A DNA stretch of 64,000 bases, taken from an uncultured cyanobacterium. Its GTDB lineage: Bacteria; Cyanobacteriota; Cyanobacteriia; Cyanobacteriales; Cyanobacteriaceae. This document shows positions 31,707 through 39,641 of this stretch, in pieces. The number at the start of each line of letters is the position of its first letter. Position 1 is the stretch's first letter. The notes beneath the pieces were generated by a model. It had not been told where the DNA came from. It worked only from the letters and a program-made list of their open reading frames with translations, and made no database searches. The translations under genes and the position numbers were made by a program. Location: NCBI GenBank assembly GCA_963749915.1, contig CAVVOP010000032.1, positions 1 through 64,000 on the forward strand, read 5' to 3'.

Positions 31707-32777
31707 ATGAAATCTTTTTTATCTTTACAACTACAAACAGCTATTAAAGTCAGTTTAGCAATGTGTATTGCTTGGGTTATTTCTAGCTTTCTAGGATTTC
31801 CTCTCTCTTTCGTTGCCCCAATGCTAGCTGGTGTAACAACTCTTTCTGGATTGGGTTTAGGCTGGTTTTTATTGACAAGAGGTAGTTTAATGATGGCGAT
31901 CGCTTTTTGTTTTGGTGCGATATTAAGTATCTTATGGGGAAATAATTACCTTACCGTCTTTATCTTAGTTCTAGGAATGGGATTTTTGTGGAATTATTTA
32001 CAATTACACGGATTTATTGGCAGTTTTTTAGGTTTAATGATCAAAGTCGGATTTGTAATAATTTATGCAAATAATCCAGATCCTGTAAATGCAAGTTTTA
32101 TTGCCTTTAGTAATTATTTTATTGGAGTTACCGTCGGAACAATTTTTAATCGTTTATTTTGGGTTAATACAACTGAGGAAATATTAACTAAAAATTTACC
32201 AAATTTCGCAAATATTAGCATTAAATTAATTACCGTAATTTTGAATGGTTATTTAGAAAGTAACTTTAATGAAGCCCTTGCCCAAAATTTCTTAACAACT
32301 CTTAATAAAACAGTTCAAGGTAGTGAAAACATACTAAAATTAAGCAGTTTTGATCCTACTAATAAATCAGCAAATCAAGCCCAGTGGATGACAATTATTA
32401 AGAGTCAAAAAAATATTTTATCTCATTTATCAGCACTGACACTGTTAGTTAAATCTAGTCAACAAATTAATTTACCCTCAGCTATAAACTCTCAAGTAAC
32501 TAAATTATTTAGCTCTTTCCAATCTTCCCTGACAATTATTCCCTTTGCTATGCTTAACAATAAAAAAATAGATTCATCAGATCTTAATCAAAACCTAATT
32601 GATTTACAAAACTTATTAGAAAATAACCAAAAAAATGAAATTATTAATAACCAACCACTATCAGAAATTATCACTTTTTATAGCCTATTTAATCGCTGTA
32701 AAAAATTAACTCAAGAAATTAATCAATGGGGTGACTATTCTCGTAATAAGAATAATATGTTAACCACTAAAGTTTAA
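31707..32777 (+). CDS. FUSC / aromatic acid exporter-like membrane protein
   Basis: N-terminal TM bundle (AIKVSLAMCIAW) followed by a helical cytoplasmic domain; very AT-rich. Confidence 0.6.
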   Translation: MKSFLSLQLQTAIKVSLAMCIAWVISSFLGFPLSFVAPMLAGVTTLSGLGLGWFLLTRGSLMMAIAFCFGAILSILWGNNYLTVFILVLGMGFLWNYLQLHGFIGSFLGLMIKVGFVIIYANNPDPVNASFIAFSNYFIGVTVGTIFNRLFWVNTTEEILTKNLPNFANISIKLITVILNGYLESNFNEALAQNFLTTLNKTVQGSENILKLSSFDPTNKSANQAQWMTIIKSQKNILSHLSALTLLVKSSQQINLPSAINSQVTKLFSSFQSSLTIIPFAMLNNKKIDSSDLNQNLIDLQNLLENNQKNEIINNQPLSEIITFYSLFNRCKKLTQEINQWGDYSRNKNNMLTTKV

Positions 32778-32796
32778 AATAATAATCTCAAAAAAA

Positions 32797-33843
32797 ATGA
32801 AATTTTTAAACAGTTATTTATTTCAATTAGCAGTTATTTCAGCTTTAATATATGCCACAGCAGATTTTTTGGATATTTCTCTTAAACATTACATTTTGTT
32901 AGGTTTTTTGGCAGGTTTTAATCCTTCCATTGGTGAGAGTATTCAAGAAGGTAGTAAAAGAATTATGGGAATTTTTGCAGGGGGATTTATTGCTTTTATT
33001 GTCTTGATAGCTTTTCCGCAAAATAGTTTTTCTGTGGGAATCGCTATTTTTTTTACAATTCTTTTTTGTTATTTTCTCAATATACCTCAAGCAATACTTA
33101 ATGCTGTAATTTGTGCTTGTATGGTTAGTATTGGACATTATGCCGATGGATTAAATCAATATTATTGGCAGAGATTTGTATTTAATAGTATTGGGGTTAT
33201 TTTGGGGGGGATAATAACTTTTTTAATACCACCACCTTCTTCTGTTTTAAAATTAGAAAAAGGCTTAAGACAAACTTTAATTTCTCTGCAAAACTTATAT
33301 GAAAAAATTATTGCCAAAAACCTTAATTATGATTCTACCGTAGATTTTCAGGAGATAGAAGACCTTAATCAGATAATTAGTCAACAGATAGCCAGTAATA
33401 ATAAATCATTATCCTTAGCTAAAATAGAGATGTCTCAAGGTTTGAGCGTCACAAATGAATTAGAAAAGATAGAAAAACAAAACAATTTAATCCAAGAAAT
33501 TGCTTTTACCTTAAAGGATATGTCAATGGAAAAAGTTATTGGCAATCAAGAACATAAATTATATCAAAAGTTATATTTAGAAATAGCTAATTTAACTCAA
33601 ATAACCTCGGAAACTTTGAATAAAATTAGTAATTTATCCTTTGAAAAAAGTCTTAATAATCAGACAATTTCATTACCAGATTTAACTGTTGCTATGAATA
33701 CTTTAGGAAATAAAATTAATAGTTTGCGAGAAACAGGAGAAAGTGAGAATTATTCCCTCGATGAAATTATTAAAATTAGTACTTTTCTAGATAATCTCAA
33801 ATTAATTACTGATCAAGTTAATTCTTTATCTAAATTTACCTGA
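32797..33843 (+). CDS. FUSC / aromatic acid exporter family protein
   Basis: PSIGESIQEGSKRIMGIFAGG, RFVFNSIGVILG. Confidence 0.7.
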   Translation: MKFLNSYLFQLAVISALIYATADFLDISLKHYILLGFLAGFNPSIGESIQEGSKRIMGIFAGGFIAFIVLIAFPQNSFSVGIAIFFTILFCYFLNIPQAILNAVICACMVSIGHYADGLNQYYWQRFVFNSIGVILGGIITFLIPPPSSVLKLEKGLRQTLISLQNLYEKIIAKNLNYDSTVDFQEIEDLNQIISQQIASNNKSLSLAKIEMSQGLSVTNELEKIEKQNNLIQEIAFTLKDMSMEKVIGNQEHKLYQKLYLEIANLTQITSETLNKISNLSFEKSLNNQTISLPDLTVAMNTLGNKINSLRETGESENYSLDEIIKISTFLDNLKLITDQVNSLSKFT

Positions 33844-34024
33844 GATGTTAACGGAAAAACAATCAATAATTTGGGTTGCGTACCTTGACAAATCTACATA
33901 ATGTTGCGAGTGTATTCTAAGTATTAAGGTAATTTCAATAAAAGTTTGCTAAATTAAACTTTAATAGTTCTTTCTAATTTGATTTTGTGTGGTAAAAATA
34001 AATATTGAGGTAGTCTCAAAACTT

Positions 34025-35989
34025 ATGATTAAGAAAAAGCTGTTGAAATTCAGACTGCTTTACATTTTACTGATTATTTTTGTTAGTTTCGCTTCAATTA
34101 TTCCCGTTAATCTTCCCGCAGTTGCTCAATTTTTTCCCAATTTTAGTAGTTCAGAAGAAAATATTAATAGCTCTTCTAACATTCCTATCTTTGAGCATGG
34201 AAACCTTGAATTTGCTCCTGTTTTTCTCGATGGGAAACAAATTGCTGTGGTTGATGCTTTTCGCAGATCTATTCTTCCTGAAAATGAAAATAATAATTCC
34301 CGTTTGAGTGACGCATCAGCACGATCGCAAATCATTAATAGTCGCTTACAAAAAATTTTGGCGAATATGGTGCGTTATCAAAAAGAAATCTTACCAAAAG
34401 AAGGAATTACAGACTTAAATTCTCAAGAACAAGCCCTGAGAGAACAATTAGTAATAAGTAAAACGCAAATCAAAGGTATTTGGGTGGTAACTGCAACTTT
34501 TCCTAAAGATGATGTTGCCGAAATTATCTATTCTGTTACAGAAGCAGACATTAGTAAGCCCAGATTTGGTGGATCTCAACCTGACAAAATAGCCGAAAGA
34601 GTTGTTACAAGTGCAAAAGAAATTTTAATAACTGCATGGAAGGAACATCAATCTAACTATTTAATCTCTACTGCCCAACGTGCCTTATTGATTTTAGTCG
34701 GTTTAATTATACTAAGTTTTATCTTAAATCGGGTGCAAATCGTTTTGAAAAATAGACGACAACAATTGAATAATCTCATTAATTCTATTGAAGTGCCACA
34801 GTTAGATCTCCGTCCAGAAAATGAACCTTCTGATCAACCCCAAGAATTAATAGATAAGCCGAAAAAAAATCCATTAATCTCCATAAAACAACGTATTTGG
34901 CTTAATAGTCTCTATAGAACCATTTTATTTTGGACACAATGGCTAATGTGGTTACTGGGAATTGGTTATCTCACTAGCCTTTTTTATTGGAGTCGTCCTT
35001 TCAGTAACTGGATGATTGGGGTATCTATAAACAATACTTGGGGGAACGAATATAGTCAGTATAACAATAATTTTAGTTGGCCACCTATAGACTGGGTATT
35101 GACTCTGGGGCAAGAGGCAACACTCGGAACACCTTTACTTTTTTTATTGCTGATAATTATTTCTCGCTTAATCTTAAAAATTGGAGATGCAGTTAGTCTT
35201 AATGTAGTGCAAATTTGGATACAAAACACATCAAGTCGTCAACAACGCTCTCAACTACGAACTTCTACCCTTGGTCAAATTTTCAGAGGTTGGCTAAGAG
35301 TTATTACTTATTTATTACTAGGAGTAGTAATCGCTCATCATTTACACAAATTAGGGGCAATTACGCAAATTGTTGGGATTCTCCTTGGTTTTATCAGCTT
35401 TGCTCTCTCTTTAGCTTCTCAAGACTTATTAAAAGATTTAATTGCAGGTTTACTGATTCTCTGGGAAGATCAATACGCCGTAGGAGATGTTATTATCATC
35501 AATGATCAGGGTGGATTAGTTGAAAATATTACACTAAGAGTTACTCAATTACGCAATCTTGATGGGGAATTAATTACCGTTCCTAATCGAAGTATAGAAA
35601 CCGTCAGGAATCTTTCTAGTGAATGGTCACGGGTTAACTATGCGATCGAAGTTAACTACAATACCAATGTTGATCAGGTTTTAGAGGTAATGAACACCGT
35701 TGCCCAAGAACTTTATCAAGATGAACATTGGCAAGGGATGATCTTAGAAGCCCCAGAAATATTAGGGGTTGAGCAACTTTCTCACAAAGGAATTTTAATT
35801 CGCCTCATCATTAAAACTCTACCTTTGCAACAATGGGCAGTAGCACGAGAATTTCGCCGTCGTCTCAAAAATACTTTTGATGAGCAAGGGATTTCTGTGG
35901 GCATTCCTCAACAAAAAATGTACTTTAATAATAATGAATCTTCCCAAAATTACTATCAAGATTTTCCTTTAGCTACAGTAGGAAAATAA
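34025..35989 (+). CDS. MscS family mechanosensitive channel with long N-terminal extension
   Basis: ASQDLLKDLIAG, DQYAVGD, GLVENITLRVTQLR, VPN, REFRRRLK. Confidence 0.9.
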   Translation: MIKKKLLKFRLLYILLIIFVSFASIIPVNLPAVAQFFPNFSSSEENINSSSNIPIFEHGNLEFAPVFLDGKQIAVVDAFRRSILPENENNNSRLSDASARSQIINSRLQKILANMVRYQKEILPKEGITDLNSQEQALREQLVISKTQIKGIWVVTATFPKDDVAEIIYSVTEADISKPRFGGSQPDKIAERVVTSAKEILITAWKEHQSNYLISTAQRALLILVGLIILSFILNRVQIVLKNRRQQLNNLINSIEVPQLDLRPENEPSDQPQELIDKPKKNPLISIKQRIWLNSLYRTILFWTQWLMWLLGIGYLTSLFYWSRPFSNWMIGVSINNTWGNEYSQYNNNFSWPPIDWVLTLGQEATLGTPLLFLLLIIISRLILKIGDAVSLNVVQIWIQNTSSRQQRSQLRTSTLGQIFRGWLRVITYLLLGVVIAHHLHKLGAITQIVGILLGFISFALSLASQDLLKDLIAGLLILWEDQYAVGDVIIINDQGGLVENITLRVTQLRNLDGELITVPNRSIETVRNLSSEWSRVNYAIEVNYNTNVDQVLEVMNTVAQELYQDEHWQGMILEAPEILGVEQLSHKGILIRLIIKTLPLQQWAVAREFRRRLKNTFDEQGISVGIPQQKMYFNNNESSQNYYQDFPLATVGK

Positions 35990-36063
35990 CTTTTAAGGGT
36001 AATTGGGAATTTGGAATTTAGAATTTAGAATGCCCGAATGAGCGAAACAAGATTTGGTTCAAA

Positions 36064-36650
36064 TTATTGCCATGCAGGGAATAAGGCTTTTAATCCGTCA
36101 GCCATGAATTGTACCGCAATTGCCATTGTAATTAACCCCATAATTCGGGTAACAATATTCATTCCCGTTTTGCCTAAAGCCCTATTAATTAAGGGAGCAG
36201 AACGATACAGAACATAAATAACTACAGCTAAAGCAACAATTACCGAAACTTCTATCATTTTATCAACTAAAGAGGGAGAGTTATGAGCATAAACAATGAC
36301 AGTACTGATTGTACCCGGTCCTGCTAAGATCGGTATTGCTAAAGGAACGATCGCAATGGAATCGGCTTGTTGTGCTTCTTGATGTTCTTCCTTTGTATGA
36401 GTTGCAACACTAGATTTAGCATGAAGCATATTTAATCCCATTAGAAAAATCAAAAACCCCCCCCGCTACTCGAAAAGAGTCAACGGTAATACCAAAAGCA
36501 TCTAAAATGGCTTCTCCTAAAAATAGTGAAACACAAAGAATTATACTAAAAGCGATCGCTGTTGTGGTAATTGTGCGAGTATTTTCCTTAGCTGTTTTTC
36601 CTGCAATTAGTCCTAAGTAAAGTGGTAAATTACCGATAGGGTTAGCTACT
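36064..36650 (-). pseudogene. MarC family protein, 5'-truncated and frameshifted
   Basis: Upstream frame ANPIGNLP...FGITVDSFRVAGG shifts at a G8 run (36457-36464) into PLAIPILAGPGTIS...TRIMGL. Confidence 0.8.
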
Positions 36651-36707
36651 TCATTTTTTTGATTTTATTAATATCATTTGACATAGTTTGTTACTCCTAG
36701 TTTTAAT

Positions 36708-38231
36708 TTAATTTTTGTTACTATAAATTCCTGTAATCCAACGGAATAAAGGGACTAAATAATTAACAGGCGATCGCTCTTCAACCGTCACCCGTGCTTC
36801 ACCGATCGCACCTTGAGGAATCGGATTATTTGGTTCTTTACCGCTTTCCCATTGATAACCTGTAACATTATCAGGATTTCGCTCTAAGGCTATTTCTACC
36901 TGCACCACAGGCAAATTTTTTGCTTCCCCCGGATCTGGGGCGGAATATGGTACAGGATTACTCATTAAACTTTCGGCTAATTGGGGATTACCCACTAAGC
37001 TAGTTACTTCGTTGGTGGTTATGGTTTCAGGTGACACAGTTGTTACTTTGCCTTTAATACCGCCATATCTTTCTCTCACACCGCCAAAACGTCTTTCGGT
37101 TAATAAATTGGGGGTAACTTCTACTGTCATGTCAGGATAAATGCGATCGGCATTTTCAGGGGTAAAAAAAGCAAGGGCAATTTCTTCTGAATCACGATCA
37201 GAATCAACTTTTAATTTGCCTAATGATGTTCCCGTCGAGATAAATTGACCAATATTAACGCTAATTTCGGTGATTTCTCCTTCATACTCGCTAATAACTT
37301 CTGTTTCATCTGTTAACTTAACTTTTAAATTATCAATATCCCTTTTGAGGTTATCAATGTTATTTTGTCTTTGATTATCAGATTGTAAGTCATCGAGAGA
37401 AATTTCTGCTTTTTGGGAGGCTAAATTTTCTAACTGTGCCTGTAAATTTTGATTTTGTGCTTGTAAACTCTCGTTTTGGGCGGTTAATTGCTGATCTTTG
37501 GCGGTTAAATCGTCTAATTTCGCTTTTAACTGTGTTTTCTCGTTGAGATTCCTTTGCAAAACATCTTCCGCTTGTATTCTACTCGCATCTAAAGGAGCAA
37601 CAGCCCCTTCTTCCACCAAATTATTATATGCCTCAAAACGTTGCTCGATTAATTTATCAATTTCGTCAATTTGTGCCAATCTTTGTTTATAGGTTTCACG
37701 TTGACGGACGATCGCCAATTGTTCTTGTTTATTGGATTCAATTTGTTGTTTATTGGCTTGAATAGAAGTGGGAATTGCTTCTTGCTGACGGGTGATACTG
37801 TCAACTTTCAAAAGAGATCTTTGTCTTTCAATTTCAGTAACAGCGATATTTTCCGATTCATATTGAGCTAATTCCTGTTCTTTATTCAAAATCTGCTCTT
37901 TTAATTCATTAGACTCTAATATTGCCAAAACTTGCCCTTTTTTCACCTTATCTCCTACCGCCACTTTTAACTCAACTACCCTACCAGTGCCACGAGTTTG
38001 AAAGTCAACGGAAGAACGAGGTACTATTAAAATCGAAGATCCGACAACCTTAACAGGGATTCTAGCGGTAAATCCCCATATACCAAAAGCCACAGTTAAT
38101 AAAATTAAAGGTAAAGTGCGGATAATTGCAGGAGGTTGAGTAGGTAAATTGGGTTGAATCTCAGATTCAGTTTCAGATTGAGAAGATTGATTATTACTCA
38201 ATGATTGATTTTTTGCTACGTTATTAGTCAT
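36708..38231 (-). CDS. NHLP bacteriocin-system secretion protein (HlyD-like membrane fusion protein)
   Basis: WGFTARIPVKVVG, long coiled coil, RERYGGIKGKV, GYQWESG, VEERSPVNYLVPLFR. Confidence 0.82.
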   Translation of the reverse strand: MTNNVAKNQSLSNNQSSQSETESEIQPNLPTQPPAIIRTLPLILLTVAFGIWGFTARIPVKVVGSSILIVPRSSVDFQTRGTGRVVELKVAVGDKVKKGQVLAILESNELKEQILNKEQELAQYESENIAVTEIERQRSLLKVDSITRQQEAIPTSIQANKQQIESNKQEQLAIVRQRETYKQRLAQIDEIDKLIEQRFEAYNNLVEEGAVAPLDASRIQAEDVLQRNLNEKTQLKAKLDDLTAKDQQLTAQNESLQAQNQNLQAQLENLASQKAEISLDDLQSDNQRQNNIDNLKRDIDNLKVKLTDETEVISEYEGEITEISVNIGQFISTGTSLGKLKVDSDRDSEEIALAFFTPENADRIYPDMTVEVTPNLLTERRFGGVRERYGGIKGKVTTVSPETITTNEVTSLVGNPQLAESLMSNPVPYSAPDPGEAKNLPVVQVEIALERNPDNVTGYQWESGKEPNNPIPQGAIGEARVTVEERSPVNYLVPLFRWITGIYSNKN

Positions 38232-38295
38232 ACTTTTAATTTTGTCTAGATAATGTAAGATATTCGGAAATAAAAATAAATTTTAGAATAAGTTT

Positions 38296-38454
38296 ATGAA
38301 AAATTGGTGGCAGTGGTGGTTCAAGTGGTGGGTTTGGACTGCATTTATTGTTTTTATTCTAATTGTTTTGAGTGAACCCCCTCGGCTCTGGTTTTGGTTA
38401 GTATTGTTTATTGTATTACTTCTCTATGGTTATGAGCGATCGCTAAATTCTTGA
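38296..38454 (+). CDS. Trp-rich 52-aa membrane microprotein, copy B (intact)
   Basis: MKNWWQWWFKWWVWTAFIVFILIVLSEPPRLWFWLVLFIVLLLYGYERSLNS; mostly synonymous differences from copy A. Confidence 0.75.
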   Translation: MKNWWQWWFKWWVWTAFIVFILIVLSEPPRLWFWLVLFIVLLLYGYERSLNS

Positions 38455-38585
38455 TTAAGTGTCAATTTTAAAAGGGGAAAGGCAAGAATTTAAGAGAAAA
38501 AAGCAGTAATAATTGATTAAAAATTAGTTTAAAAAAGATTTTCTTGACTATAAATATAAAGTATTTTTGTTATTCATTCAAGATC

Positions 38586-39002
38586 TCAGTTATCCCTATT
38601 TTGGCTAATAAATTGAGTAACTGCATCGCTAATTCTTTCATAAAAATTATCCTCACCTATTTGATCATTTAAACCCGTTTTACTCATTTGTAAATAAACT
38701 TGATCCCTTAATCTTGCCCATGACAAAATAATATTTTGTTTAGCTAATTCTGATTGTAGTTTTTCTAACATTTCCAACGCTGTACTATCAATCATATTAA
38801 TAGTTTCTGCATCGATTAATACCATTTTTACTGGTGTTTGTGCTTCACGAATTTTTTGTTTTAAAGAAGTGCGAAAATAATTAGCATTGAAAAAAATTAA
38901 GGCACTAGCAAAGCGAAAAATTAATAAACCCTCGGTAGTAATCGCTTCAGGATGTATGCTAACATTGCGGTACATTTGTGTATTAGGAATCTGCCCTAAC
39001 CT
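38586..39002 (-). pseudogene. C-terminal STAS fragment of a SulP anion transporter
   Basis: LGQIPNTQMYRN, IFRFASALIFFNA, IDSTALEML; membrane domain absent. Confidence 0.75.
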
Positions 39003-39042
39003 GAATTATTCATGAGAAAATTGAAAAAAGACGTAATTTTAT

Positions 39043-39339
39043 TCATATTTTCATGGTTTTAACTTCTGAATTAATAGCTTGATCTAGTTTATCTTTAGTC
39101 ACTTCTAAATCATATTTTAACTGTAAATTTAACCAAAATTTTTCTGATAAACCAAAATATTTAGACAATCTTAAACCCATTTCTATTGTTACTGGCTGTT
39201 CTTCAAAAATAACATCTTTTATGATAATTAAAGGCACATTAATTTCTTCTGCTAATTGTTCTATAGTTAAATGAAAAGGTTTAATAAATTCTTCTAAAAG
39301 TATTTCCCCCGGATGTATTGGTGTTAATTTGTCATTCAT
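39043..39339 (-). CDS. higA: HigA family antitoxin
   Basis: PIHPGEILLEEF, LRLSKYFG, FWLNLQ.KYDL. Confidence 0.9.
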   Translation of the reverse strand: MNDKLTPIHPGEILLEEFIKPFHLTIEQLAEEINVPLIIIKDVIFEEQPVTIEMGLRLSKYFGLSEKFWLNLQLKYDLEVTKDKLDQAINSEVKTMKI

Positions 39340-39351
39340 AATAATTTAACC

Positions 39352-39633
39352 TCAATGATAATCGATAATTTCAACATTAAATGCGTTTCCTTCATGCCAA
39401 ATAAAACATAAACGCCATTGTTCATTTATTCTAATACTATATTCTCCTTCTCGATCACCTTTTAATTTTTCTAAACGATTACCCGGAGGTATCCTTAAGT
39501 CTTCTACATCTTCAGCCACATCTAAAATACTTAATTTCCTTTGTGCTATTCTCTGAATTTGCAATGGTAGACGAGAGGAAAATTTCCTTAGAAATATTTT
39601 TTCCGTCTCTTTACATCTAAAACTTTTGATCAT
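39352..39633 (-). CDS. higB: HigB / plasmid killer family toxin
   Basis: MIKSFRCKETEKIF, PPGNRLEKLKGDR, SIRINEQWR, EIIDYH. Confidence 0.92.
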   Translation of the reverse strand: MIKSFRCKETEKIFLRKFSSRLPLQIQRIAQRKLSILDVAEDVEDLRIPPGNRLEKLKGDREGEYSIRINEQWRLCFIWHEGNAFNVEIIDYH

Positions 39634-39641
39634 TATTTTTA

